Of a DNA stretch of 64,000 nucleotides, positions 1 through 9,616 are shown in pieces. The translations under genes were made by a program, and so were the position numbers. The stretch is taken from NCBI GenBank assembly GCA_965223845.1, contig CBDCXR010000004.1, positions 3,872,001 through 3,936,000 of the forward strand, read 5' to 3'. Below the pieces are notes generated by a model, which was not told the DNA's origin, searched no databases, and was given only the letters and a program-made list of their open reading frames with translations. Source of the DNA: Planctomycetota bacterium (GTDB lineage Bacteria > Planctomycetota > UBA8108 > SXIK01). How positions within the stretch are numbered: position 1 is the stretch's first letter; each line of letters opens with the position of its first letter.

Positions 1-28
1 CCACAGGTCGCGGGGTCAGTCGGAGAAG

Positions 29-45
29 AGCTAAGCGCGTGCCAA
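29..45 (-). promoter_or_regulatory. Putative sigma-54 (-24/-12) promoter for a gene left of the window
   Basis: Minus strand reads TTGGCACGCGCTTAGCT: TGGCAC with GG-N10-GC spacing. An IHF-like site lies just upstream. Confidence 0.55.
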
Positions 46-74
46 AGGTCGAGCAGAAGACACAACCTATTATC

Positions 75-87
75 AATCAAAGAGTTA
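75..87. promoter_or_regulatory. Putative IHF binding site
   Basis: AATCAAAGAGTTA matches WATCAANNNNTTR, in an AT-rich patch about 30 bp upstream of the -24 element. Confidence 0.45.
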
Positions 88-265
88 AGACTTTTCTAAA
101 GACCTCGCCTCGGCGAAGCCCATCAGCCATTATGGCAGCCGCAAGCGCTGCCCTGGCCTCGATTTCGCGGCTTCTCGGAAGGCCCATGCCAGAACGACAG
201 CCCTGACCGCTAGACGCGGCCGGCGACTCGTCTCGGGGTCCACGCGAGCGCCCAGTCCACCCGCG

Positions 266-1258
266 TTAGAGGTTCCGGAATCGGAACTCCGTCGAAACGT
301 TCGCTTCCTCGCTCGCGCCATAGACCTCGACGTACGGGTACACGAAGAAGTTGATCGGGTCGCCGCTTTGTCGCGGCTCGAGCTCGAGGTCGCGCCCGCG
401 CGAGAACGCGACGCGATTCTCGCAGAGCGTGCCGAAAAAATAGTCGGCACGGGTCGGGTCCTTGTCCGCCTCGGAGACGTCGACCGGTCGCCAGTCGCCG
501 TTCTCCTCGGCGTACCAAGCCCAGCAGTGGTATCCGCCGACGGTGCCGGCGTCGGTCGGCGGAATCGGGAATCCGATCTCGAACACTGCGGGGATCTCGC
601 GCGCCCGTGCCATCCCGATGAAGAGCGAGTGGAAGTCGGAGCAGTTCCCCTTTCCGACTTCACAGGCGCGGCGGATGTCGCCCCGCCCCCAACCGGCTAC
701 GGTCTTGTCGTAGTCGACGTCGGCGAGAACGCGTCGATAGATTCCCTCCGCCGCCTGCACGGTGGATCCCGCACCGGACGTCGCTTCACCGGCTCGACGC
801 CGCACCTCCGCGGTGATCGGCGCCAATCGATTGGAGCCGAGTATGGCGGTCGCGTTCACCGGCACCTCGGCCGCCGCGATGCGGGTGGCCTCTCGCCGAT
901 ACACGTCGAACGTGAGCGACACGGGAATCTCCCGCGGAAGCGGCCCGTCGGCCGCCTTTGCGTCGAGGTACACGAGCGCGTTGCCGTACTTCGCTTCCCG
1001 CGTACGCCGGAGCGGCAGAGTCGACTCGATGTGGAGATTCCGAATCTCCTGCGTCGCATCGTCTTGCGGGACCGGCACCCAGATGCGGACCTCCTCGGCA
1101 CCCGGAGGGACCGTCACCGTCGCCGAATACTCGAAGGCGAACGCCCGCGACTTGCCGGAAGCCGGGCCCGTTTCGGCGTGCTGGCACGACGAGGAGACCA
1201 TCACAGAGACGACAGCGACGAGAGGACCCGCGCCGCGCGCGGAATCGATCGACATCAT
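266..1258 (-). CDS. Transglutaminase-like (papain-fold Cys-His-Asp) domain protein, probably exported or a lipoprotein
   Basis: GNCSDFHSLFIGMAR, GYHCWA and WRPVD motifs; WVPVP N-terminal motif; hydrophobic N-terminus ending in Cys; AGGAAG upstream of ATG 1258. Confidence 0.85.
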   Translation of the reverse strand: MMSIDSARGAGPLVAVVSVMVSSSCQHAETGPASGKSRAFAFEYSATVTVPPGAEEVRIWVPVPQDDATQEIRNLHIESTLPLRRTREAKYGNALVYLDAKAADGPLPREIPVSLTFDVYRREATRIAAAEVPVNATAILGSNRLAPITAEVRRRAGEATSGAGSTVQAAEGIYRRVLADVDYDKTVAGWGRGDIRRACEVGKGNCSDFHSLFIGMARAREIPAVFEIGFPIPPTDAGTVGGYHCWAWYAEENGDWRPVDVSEADKDPTRADYFFGTLCENRVAFSRGRDLELEPRQSGDPINFFVYPYVEVYGASEEANVSTEFRFRNL

Positions 1259-1350
1259 GAGCAAACTTCCTGCTGGGGAGACCACCGGAACCCGAACCGC
1301 TCGACCTTGCCCGCTGTTTGTACTGCCCCCCGCGATTCCATCCCAAGGGA

Positions 1351-1391
1351 TTCTATCGATAGAAACTTTATGTCTGATAGAATCCTTCTAT
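1351..1391. promoter_or_regulatory. LysR-type operator region between divergent genes
   Basis: Perfect palindrome TTCTATCGATAGAA (1351-1364) and ATAGAA-TCC-TTCTAT (1377-1391, T-N11-A), which overlaps the LysR ATG. AT-rich island. Confidence 0.6.
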
Positions 1392-2409
1392 GACTCGACC
1401 CCGCCGCCGAAAGCCGGACGCGTCCGCGGCATCGAAACGGGATTCTCCGAGTCCGCGGAGGACTCCACCGCCCCTCTCGCCGTCGCACGGAGGCGCTCGA
1501 GCATCGCGCGAGATCGAGTTTCGTGAGCTCGAAGCGTTCGTCCGCATCGCCGAGACGGGCTCGTTCACCCGCGCGGCGAGCGAGCTTCTCCTCACTCAGC
1601 CGACGATCAGCGCCCGCATCCGAGCTCTCGAGCTCAGCCTGGGCACGGCCGTCTTCGAGCGCTCGCGTCGCGGCGTGGCATTGAGCCCCGCCGGGAGCGT
1701 CTTTCTTCCGGAAGCGAGACGCCTCCTCCGGCAGCGCAAGCGCGCGACGGCGAGCGTAGACCGCTTTCTCGGTCTCGAGTCGGCCGAGGTCGACATCGCC
1801 GCCTCGTCCGTCCCGGGCTCCTATCTTCTACCCGGCGTCCTCGCGGAATTTCGCCGACTGCATCCGGGAGTCCGAGTGCGAGTTCGGCTCGGCGATACGC
1901 GTGAGGCTCGGCGCCTCGTCGTGCTCGGCGAAGCCGAGTTCGCGGTGGTCGGCCGCAAGACGGTCGATCCGCGCCTTCGACAGCGCATCGTCGCCGAGGA
2001 CGACGTAGTGCTCGTGTGCACGGCCGAGACCGCGCGTCGGTTCGAGCTCGGCGGAAGGAGGAGGCCGACGCCCGCGCGCCTCGCCGCCCTGCCGCTCGTC
2101 CTTCGGGAGGAAGGCTCCGCGACGCGAGCTGCGGGCCTCGACGCGCTGAGCGAGCGAGGCCTCGACGTGGACGCGCTCTCGATCGTTCTCGAGCTCGGCG
2201 CAAACTCGGCGGTACTCGAGTCCGTCCTCGCCGATTCGGGCGCGGCGTTTCTCTCCCGTCTCGTCGTTCGGAGCCACCTCGCGCGCGCCGAGCTCGTCGA
2301 GATACCGCTTCGATCAGCGAAGCTCCAGCGCCCTCTCGTTCTCGTCTCACGTCGGGCGGCGACGCTGTCTCCGGCAGCCGATACGATCGTGCGCATGCTC
2401 GAGCCTTAG
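1390..2409 (+). CDS. LysR family transcriptional regulator (CysL-like substrate-binding domain)
   Basis: HTH LEAFVRIAETGSFTRAASELLLTQPTISARIRALE; ASSVPGSYLLP and REEGSATR motifs. Confidence 0.9.
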   Translation: MTRPRRRKPDASAASKRDSPSPRRTPPPLSPSHGGARASREIEFRELEAFVRIAETGSFTRAASELLLTQPTISARIRALELSLGTAVFERSRRGVALSPAGSVFLPEARRLLRQRKRATASVDRFLGLESAEVDIAASSVPGSYLLPGVLAEFRRLHPGVRVRVRLGDTREARRLVVLGEAEFAVVGRKTVDPRLRQRIVAEDDVVLVCTAETARRFELGGRRRPTPARLAALPLVLREEGSATRAAGLDALSERGLDVDALSIVLELGANSAVLESVLADSGAAFLSRLVVRSHLARAELVEIPLRSAKLQRPLVLVSRRAATLSPAADTIVRMLEP

Positions 2410-2637
2410 CCGCGAAGATCCTCTTCGGCCGAAAGGATCGCTCGCCGGTCGTCGAATCGACGCAGCGCGAAAAACGAGTTTCGACCGTTGTTAGCCGGAA
2501 GCCCGGCGCCGGAGTCGGAGCGACGCGAGCGCGTCGTCCGTGCGAATCTTCGCGCTCGGCCCGGTCTTCGACGGGTAGAATCGGTTCTTTCGGTAGCAGT
2601 CCATTGCTTCTCCCCGCGTAGTTTCGGAGGCCAAACG

Positions 2638-3321
2638 ATGAAGCGTCCCATCGCGACGACGCTCGCCGTCTTCGTCTTGGGGATCGCCGTCGGTCGATTC
2701 GTGCTCGACGACGAGTCTCCAGTGTGGGCCGGTGTCGACGACCTCCCGCAGGATTGTGTTCCCGGGGACTCGAACGGCGACGGCCGTTTCAACGTCGCCG
2801 ATCCGATCTACTCGCTCCAATTCCTCTTCGGTGACGGTGCTCCGCCGATCTCCTGCGACGCCACGGTCGCGTTCATCGTCCGCCACGGCGAACGAGACGG
2901 CCTCGAGCTGAACGAAGAAGGTCACGCCCGCGCCGCACACCTCGCCGAGCTGTTTGAGAGCTTTCACCTGGACGCGCTCATCGCGAGCGACAAAGTGCGG
3001 ACGCAACAGACCCTCGACCCGCTCCTCGCTGCGAAGCCGAACCTCGGCGAGCTGATCATCACCGATGACACCGGAGCGGCAGCGGCTGAAGCCCTCCGCG
3101 CGCTTCCCGTCGGAAGCCGGGTCGTCGTCGCGCATCACAGCTACACGATCGGAAGGATCCTGAAGGACCTCGGGGCGGTGGAGGACTCGTTCTCGGTCCC
3201 GACGAACCAGTACGATAACGTTTGGGTCGTCAGCTTCCGTCCCGGACGCGACGCGGAGTCGGTGAAGCTCCGCTATTGCGTCGCTCCCGATTGTCCAGTC
3301 GTTGAGCCGCCGCCTCAGTAG
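2638..3321 (+). CDS. Exported histidine phosphatase (SixA/PGM-like) with an N-terminal dockerin-like repeat
   Basis: GGAGG RBS; signal peptide; GDSNGDGRFNVADPIYSLQFLF; VRHGE, SDKVRTQQT and VVAHHS motifs. Confidence 0.8.
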   Translation: MKRPIATTLAVFVLGIAVGRFVLDDESPVWAGVDDLPQDCVPGDSNGDGRFNVADPIYSLQFLFGDGAPPISCDATVAFIVRHGERDGLELNEEGHARAAHLAELFESFHLDALIASDKVRTQQTLDPLLAAKPNLGELIITDDTGAAAAEALRALPVGSRVVVAHHSYTIGRILKDLGAVEDSFSVPTNQYDNVWVVSFRPGRDAESVKLRYCVAPDCPVVEPPPQ

Positions 3322-3733
3322 AACCCGGCGCAGGCTCGGCGCTCCTTAGGGGCTTAGCGGACGCTCGTCCGCAGGCCGGCGATCCGGCTCGCTCCACGTC
3401 GACGCGAGCGCCATCGCGAACCCGGCCGTGGTTATCAGCCGCGGCGTCGCGAGCGGATTGCCCATGGGGAATCCCGCGGTATTCTTCTCTACCTTCCCAT
3501 CGCGGGAATCCATCGATTCGACACGGTCCGCGCGACCACGCCGGTGATGTGTCGAGTCGAGGTTGTGGGTGTCGACCGCGTTGTCGACTCGCCGCGGTCG
3601 ACGGAGCTGAGCCGGTGTATTGGCCAGCTGCTGCGCGTTTCCGTCGCGCGGGCGCCCGAAGTACGACCCTTCGAAACCGCCTTCAAGCGGACGCACTCTC
3701 AGCACCACTTGCCACGAAGATCCGAGGGCGGGA

Positions 3734-6244
3734 ATGGATACGACGACAGAACTAGGCGGCAGTCGGTTCACGCTCGACCGGCTCCGCGCCGTGCTCAGCA
3801 GCCTCAACCGGCTCAAGACCTCGCTCACGTTTCACGTGACCGATGGAAAGAGCGAGCGCGTCTTTTACTTCGTGAACGGGGGAATCCGGGTTCTCTCGAC
3901 CGGCCCGCACAAAGGACCGGGACTCTGCGAGATTCTCCTCGCGTCCGGGGCGACGGACGTCGACTCGCTTCACTCAGCCATCGAGGACGCGAAAACGGAG
4001 CGCGAAGATCTGCGCCGAATCCTTGCGCGAAAGAAACTCGTCGATAAGGACACCTGCGAGAAGATCGTCCAGTCGATCGTCCGCGACTCGCTCTACGAGA
4101 TGGTGTTCTGGAACAACGCCTTCTGCATCTCGCACAGCCACAAGCCGCCGGCGGAGCTGTTTCAATCAGAGCGAGGTGGGATCCAGGCGACGATCGACGG
4201 CGCGCAGCTGGCGCGCGACACTCTGCGGTGGCTCAAGGAGTGGAAAGAGTTGCGTGCGACTCTTCACTCGGAACTGTCGACCATCTGCGTGAACTACAAC
4301 GGGCGGAAAGCGAGCGGAGCCGAACCCTCGGACGTGAAGCGGCTGCTCGAGTTTTGCAGCGAGCCGATCAGCATTCGCGACCTATGGATGAGCTCGGCCC
4401 TCCCGCTCAACGACGTCTGCCACGGCGCGAGCTATCTCGTCGAAAAGAAAATGGCGGAGCTGACGCCCGTACCGTCTTCGACGCGGCTTCCCGTCGCGGA
4501 AGAGATCGAGGTGCTCGAAGCGAGTGTTCGCACGCTCATCGCGAAAGACCTCGCGCGCGAACGGCTCGCCTACCTCTACCGAAAGAACAATCAGCCGGAG
4601 AAAGCCGCCGAGCAGCTCGAGTTCCTCGGCGATGCCCTCCTTCGCGATGACGTGAACGAAACGGAGCGCGCGGCGCAGCACTTCAAGGACGCGCTCTCCG
4701 TCTCACCGAATCGCGCGAGCGTGTTTGAGAAGCTGATCGCGATCATCCACGAATCGGGTGACACCCGCGAGCTGCGCGCGATCGTCCTCAAGCACCTTCA
4801 GCGCCTCATCCGCACCCAGGAGTTCGAGATCGCCGAGAAATGCGGCGACGTCCTCGAGCGTGTCTGCGGCCTCAGCATGGAGGCGATCGAGTACCGCGCA
4901 AATCTCCTCGCCGCCCGGGACAAGACAAGGGAAGCGTCGGCGGAGTTCCTTCGCCTCGCGAAGATGTGCGACGATCAAGGGCGGTCCGATCAGTCGACGT
5001 ACTACCTGAAGCAGGCGCTCGGTCAGGACCAGAAGGCGCAACGCGCAAAGGAGAGGGAGCGCGAGCAGCCGGAGCGCAAGAAGGGGAAGCGACCGAAGAA
5101 GCGAGTCAAGAAGAAGGTGAGCACGACTCCGGGGGCCGGAACGTCGGAGCCTAGCTCGGAGTCCCGGACGTCGGGCCAGCGAGGCGGCGCCCTCCGCGCG
5201 GTCGCGGCGATCCTAGTTCTGGCGGGGATCGGAGCCGGGCTCTACTACGCCGGGCTTCTCGACCGCTGGCTGAAGCCAGGAATTACCGAGGCGGAGAGCA
5301 AGCACCCGCCGTCGACAACGTCCTCTTTCGTCGCAGCGTCAGGATCATCGACCGGCACAGCTCCCCAGACGCCGGAAGCTGGTTCGGGAACGATCACGGC
5401 GCGGCCGTCGGGGGGAGTCGCTCCGGCAGACGTCGCTCCGCTCGTCACTGAGACGGTCGGCAGCGGAACCATCGATCGCGGCCCGGATCCGGGCTCTGAG
5501 TCGAGCCTCGGCGGCCCCGAGGTCGACTCCTCAAACGGACGCCCGCTGACACTCGACACCGAATCGCCACTCGTCTCGAGCGCCGATCCAGTTCCGCGCG
5601 ACTCGGCGAGCGCTTACGTCGGCGAAACCGCGTCGGACTCCTCCGGCTCGCTCGATGCCGGCACCGATGCGTCCCGCGATCGAGACCATCCGGACGACTC
5701 GAGCCAAGTAGCGTCCGCCGAGACCAGTGACTCGCCGTGTCACGACATCGCGAACTACCGCTCACGCCCCCTCACGTCCACCCTCGCCGCGACCTACGCC
5801 GACGGCTGCACCGCCTACATCCAAAACTCGACCGGAGAAATCGTCGCGGAGTTTGGCGGCGAGCCGAACACTCTCTGGGCCTTCGGATTCCGCGGACGGG
5901 CGGCGTGCCGGTGGAAGCCCGGCGGCGAAGTCCGCGTGTTCTCGATCACGGCCCCCGCCGGATCCGACGTCGGTTGGCGCGTTCCACGCGAGACGGAGAG
6001 TCTCGCCATCGGTCCCGATCGCATCCTCATTCGCGAGGGCGACCTCACGGCTCTGTTCGCGCTCGACGGATCACCGATCGCGAGCCGAACGCTTTCGGAG
6101 TGGGACGAAGGTTACTTCGTGCGAGGTACGATCGTTCTCACTCGGCACGCCGAGAACGACACCTCGGTGTGGGTCGTCGACGCGAAGACGCTGACGCCGA
6201 TCTGGCAGGCTCACGAAGATCGCGGCGACATCGTCGTCCGATGA
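3734..6244 (+). CDS. DUF4388/PATAN-like + TPR membrane-anchored protein
   Basis: N-terminal ERVFYFVNGGI...GLCEILLASG...LYEMVFW pattern; TPR-like helices; Lys-rich linker; one TM (AVAAILVLAGIGAGLYY); S/T/P-rich linker; beta-rich C-terminus. Confidence 0.65.
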   Translation: MDTTTELGGSRFTLDRLRAVLSSLNRLKTSLTFHVTDGKSERVFYFVNGGIRVLSTGPHKGPGLCEILLASGATDVDSLHSAIEDAKTEREDLRRILARKKLVDKDTCEKIVQSIVRDSLYEMVFWNNAFCISHSHKPPAELFQSERGGIQATIDGAQLARDTLRWLKEWKELRATLHSELSTICVNYNGRKASGAEPSDVKRLLEFCSEPISIRDLWMSSALPLNDVCHGASYLVEKKMAELTPVPSSTRLPVAEEIEVLEASVRTLIAKDLARERLAYLYRKNNQPEKAAEQLEFLGDALLRDDVNETERAAQHFKDALSVSPNRASVFEKLIAIIHESGDTRELRAIVLKHLQRLIRTQEFEIAEKCGDVLERVCGLSMEAIEYRANLLAARDKTREASAEFLRLAKMCDDQGRSDQSTYYLKQALGQDQKAQRAKEREREQPERKKGKRPKKRVKKKVSTTPGAGTSEPSSESRTSGQRGGALRAVAAILVLAGIGAGLYYAGLLDRWLKPGITEAESKHPPSTTSSFVAASGSSTGTAPQTPEAGSGTITARPSGGVAPADVAPLVTETVGSGTIDRGPDPGSESSLGGPEVDSSNGRPLTLDTESPLVSSADPVPRDSASAYVGETASDSSGSLDAGTDASRDRDHPDDSSQVASAETSDSPCHDIANYRSRPLTSTLAATYADGCTAYIQNSTGEIVAEFGGEPNTLWAFGFRGRAACRWKPGGEVRVFSITAPAGSDVGWRVPRETESLAIGPDRILIREGDLTALFALDGSPIASRTLSEWDEGYFVRGTIVLTRHAENDTSVWVVDAKTLTPIWQAHEDRGDIVVR

Positions 6245-6318
6245 CTCACTGAGAGTCGAAGCGGCGACGCGCGATCGATCGATGGCGCGCGGATCGTTCT
6301 CGCGCCCACACGAAAACC

Positions 6319-7167
6319 TCAGTCCGCCACTTCGCGCACCCTCGCCCCCGCGGCCCACCGGCGGGGACGAACGATGAGGACGGGAATCGGACACTCGACG
6401 GCGAGAAGCTCCGCGATGTTCGCCGACAACGGTCCGCCCGCTTCCTTGACCGCGAGGTGTTGGCCGAGGACGAGGAGATCGTGACCACCGCGGCGACACT
6501 CCGCCAGGATCTCCCGGACGACCATGCCGCGGCGGATGACGACCTCGGGCTTGTCCCCGCCGCGATCGAGGTCCGCAAGAACGGGGGTTACGTCGGGGAT
6601 CTCTACTGCATCCCGCCGCTCCGGCTCCGCCGCTCCACCGGCGGCGGGAAGCGAGACGCTCGAACGAACGTGAAGCAGAGTGAGCTTCGCGCTCAGCGCG
6701 CGCGCTATCTCATGCGCGCTGAGGAGAGTAGTCTCGCTCATCGGACCTCCACTTACCGTCACGAGCACGCGACGGATGTGGTCGGAAGCCGGACGACGCG
6801 CGACCGCGACCGTCGACGGCGATTGCTGGACGACCGAACGAACGCGCGAGCCGCGGAAGATGCGGGAGATTCCGCGCCGACCGGCGGGCGGAAAGATCGA
6901 GACGGCGGGAGATGACTCGAGCGCCTCGGCGACGATGGCTTCGCGGGCTGACCCCGGCCGCACCTTGAGGGTCACCTCCCCCCCGGCCGCCTCGGCCAGT
7001 TCGGCCTTCGCCCGCTCCAGCAGCTCGGGGTCGCGGCGAACATTGCGTTCCGTCGTGAGCAGGATCGTGTCGGCACGGAGCGCCGCCGCGAGCTCCTTCG
7101 TCAAGGAGAGGGCCCACCGGCCCCGCGACTTCACATCGAGAAACGTCAGGATCTTGAGTCCGCGCAC
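6319..7167 (-). CDS. Universal stress protein (tandem USP domains)
   Basis: GSRVRSVVQQSPSTV, RRVLVTVSGG, HDLLVLG and LAVECPIPVLIVR motifs; GAGG then GTG at 7167. Confidence 0.8.
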   Translation of the reverse strand: MRGLKILTFLDVKSRGRWALSLTKELAAALRADTILLTTERNVRRDPELLERAKAELAEAAGGEVTLKVRPGSAREAIVAEALESSPAVSIFPPAGRRGISRIFRGSRVRSVVQQSPSTVAVARRPASDHIRRVLVTVSGGPMSETTLLSAHEIARALSAKLTLLHVRSSVSLPAAGGAAEPERRDAVEIPDVTPVLADLDRGGDKPEVVIRRGMVVREILAECRRGGHDLLVLGQHLAVKEAGGPLSANIAELLAVECPIPVLIVRPRRWAAGARVREVAD

Positions 7168-7384
7168 GACAACCTCTACAGAGAATCTTTCGCCACTCGC
7201 CCCGGAAGACGCCAGCGAGCGCCGGCGACAGCGGCGTTCACTCGCGCAGCCCCCGCCGCCGCCGAGGACCCGCGTCGGTTCCCAGCCCCGACCCTGCGCA
7301 CACGCAGCACCGAACATCGCGCCCGCTCGGCGAAGGGCACGCCGTCGGCAACCTCAGGGCTCCAATGGCAAAGATAGGGCTTCC

Positions 7385-8434
7385 TCATCGTACAAACAAT
7401 AATACGAGCGGGATGAGAAACACGACGACCACGAACGCCGCGACGCGCGACCGACGCTGGCTGATCGCCGTCGCCGCTCCGTCGAGCGCCCGCTCGTAGT
7501 GCCGGTAGAGTCCGAAGAAAACGATCGGCAGCGTGATCAGCGTCACGACCAGTGAGGCGGTGAGAACGATCGGAAACGCGGCCGCGTGGTCGACGACGAG
7601 GCTGAACAGAAGCGTGTCGACAAAGGTGGTGACATTGGCGCCGAGAATATACGGAATCAGATTCTCGCGGCGCACCACCCCGCGGACCGTGAGCGGAACG
7701 AGAAGCGTGAGCGAGACCGATACCGACAAGGTGAGGCAGGTGACGAGCATGCCGAAGAGGAGCCCGATCGACGGACGAAAGATCGTGTTCGCCATTTGGC
7801 CGAGTCGGCCTCCGAGCGGATCGACCTCGGGCAGAGTCTTATCGAACAGCTTGAACGAGGCGACCATCGTCGCGACTCCGAGGACGGCGACGAATGCGAT
7901 CGGCACCCCGATCGCCGCGCACGCCTCGCCGACCCCGTCGGCGAGGGGCCGAAACGCGACGTCGACGATCGACACCATCACGCCCGGTGACTCGAGACGC
8001 ACTCCGCCGAGCAAGTCCGAGCGGACGAGCCAATAGCCCACCCCGAGCGCAGGCAGGTAGACGCTCGCCGTCGTAAGAAACGCGAGGATCCCGACGTAGA
8101 CACCGCCCCGGCGCGAATCCGAGCGCAGGTCGTAGATGAAGCCGACGACGAGCACGACGAACGAAGCACCGAGTCGCGAGCCGACGATCATCGCGAAACA
8201 ATCCTCGACGCCGATCGTTCCGCTCGCGAGGAGGGCGAGCGCGATCGCGGCGACGGGCGAGCCGCTCAAGATCACACAGGCGAGCAACCAGCCGAATCCG
8301 AAACAAGAGAGCGGACCGTTCGCGATCCACGCGCTCGCTGCTCCCTCAAGCGGAGCCGCTCCCAGCTTGATCAACTCGAGCGAGAAGATGAAGAGGTAGA
8401 GGCAGACCAGAAAGTAGAGGGCTCGCCGGATCAT
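7385..8434 (-). CDS. Na+/Pi cotransporter family membrane protein
   Basis: Multi-TM protein with two repeats: LSGSPVAA...GSRLGASF and LSVSVSL...YILGANVTT. Confidence 0.7.
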   Translation of the reverse strand: MIRRALYFLVCLYLFIFSLELIKLGAAPLEGAASAWIANGPLSCFGFGWLLACVILSGSPVAAIALALLASGTIGVEDCFAMIVGSRLGASFVVLVVGFIYDLRSDSRRGGVYVGILAFLTTASVYLPALGVGYWLVRSDLLGGVRLESPGVMVSIVDVAFRPLADGVGEACAAIGVPIAFVAVLGVATMVASFKLFDKTLPEVDPLGGRLGQMANTIFRPSIGLLFGMLVTCLTLSVSVSLTLLVPLTVRGVVRRENLIPYILGANVTTFVDTLLFSLVVDHAAAFPIVLTASLVVTLITLPIVFFGLYRHYERALDGAATAISQRRSRVAAFVVVVFLIPLVLLFVR

Positions 8435-8499
8435 TCAGCAGTCGGGAGCAATCGGGGCGGTCAGGGAATGCTCGTCGCGTCGGAGGGCGTCGCGACGGG

Positions 8500-9375
8500 C
8501 TACGTCCCGACGGTCTCCGCACCCAGATCGAACACCTCGGCGGCATCGAGCGCTTGATCGTTCGATTCGAAGAGCCGCGCGACGGCGGCCTTGTGGATCT
8601 TCATCTTCTTTCCACCGACTCCGATCGCTCCATAAGCGAGGACGCCGTCGCGATCCGCCCCTGCGTCCATGGAGTCGACTCCCTCGATCCCGACGGGCGG
8701 TACGGCGTTGAGATCGATCGCGACACGCAGATCGGCGGCGGCGCGACGCGTCGCGAGCGGCAGCAACTCGACGCCCGCGCCACCCGCCGCGACGACGAGC
8801 TGCGCGCCGTCGAGAGCCTCGGCGAACTCCGCACTTCCCGCCGGTGCGATCGGCTCGACCGCCGCGCCGGGAAGGGCGTCGCGCACGGCCGACGCGACGT
8901 CGTCGGCCCGCTCGAGGCGACGAGATCCAGCGCGCACCCGCGCCCCGGCGCGCGCGAGCAAGAGCGAAACCCGCCGGCCGACCGGGCCGGTCGCTCCGAG
9001 AACGACCGCGGTCGTCTCGGCGAGATCGAGATGCGCGTGCGCCGCGAGCACCGCCGCCGCGGCGGTCGTGTTCGCCCCACCGCAGTCGAGGAGGAGAGAA
9101 ACCCGAAGCGGGCCGAAAAACGCCTTTTTCGCCTCGCGAAAGAGCTCTTCTCCGCGCGCGACATCGCTTCCGCCGATGAAGATCGCGGTCGACTTCAGGT
9201 CCTTCGGGCCGCGGGTAAAGATCGCCCCGTGGACGAGATCCCGAACGTCAGCCGGAGTGACCCCGCCGTAGCTGAAGAGCTCGTCGACACCGGCGTCGAC
9301 CGCGACGACGCGGTCGAAGACGCTCGGATGGGCATCCGAATCGAGCTGAATGAGAATGCGCTTCTTCTCGGCCAC
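8500..9375 (-). CDS. mtdC: NAD(P)-dependent methylene-H4MPT/methylene-H4F dehydrogenase (MtdA/MtdC family)
   Basis: ILIQLDSDAHPSVFDRVVAVDAG, GAIFTRGPKDLKSTAIFIGG, NTTAAAAV, GATGPVG and DLNAVPP motifs; adjacent to fae. Confidence 0.9.
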   Translation of the reverse strand: MAEKKRILIQLDSDAHPSVFDRVVAVDAGVDELFSYGGVTPADVRDLVHGAIFTRGPKDLKSTAIFIGGSDVARGEELFREAKKAFFGPLRVSLLLDCGGANTTAAAAVLAAHAHLDLAETTAVVLGATGPVGRRVSLLLARAGARVRAGSRRLERADDVASAVRDALPGAAVEPIAPAGSAEFAEALDGAQLVVAAGGAGVELLPLATRRAAADLRVAIDLNAVPPVGIEGVDSMDAGADRDGVLAYGAIGVGGKKMKIHKAAVARLFESNDQALDAAEVFDLGAETVGT

Positions 9376-9616
9376 GCAACGCCTCCGGGCAGACGCGATC
9401 CAACGGGCATGCGCGATCGGAACGAGAGCCGAAGCGCGTTCGATTTACGCAAGTCGATCCGGACATCGCGGCGCGGAGACACCGCACCGCTGGCTCGCGG
9501 AGCAAGAGCGCACACGATCGAGGACGGCGCGCACTCGACCGCGAACGTCTAGAGCCCGGGAACGGGCGACGCGACTGGTCGCCGCGGCGCCCGTTCCCGC
9601 ACGACGTTCGGCGGAT

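Noticed and set aside
368-1526. Long plus-strand ORFs (341 aa and 254 aa) over the transglutaminase gene
   Set aside because: Antisense shadows of a real gene in high-GC DNA; Arg/Ala-rich with no motifs.
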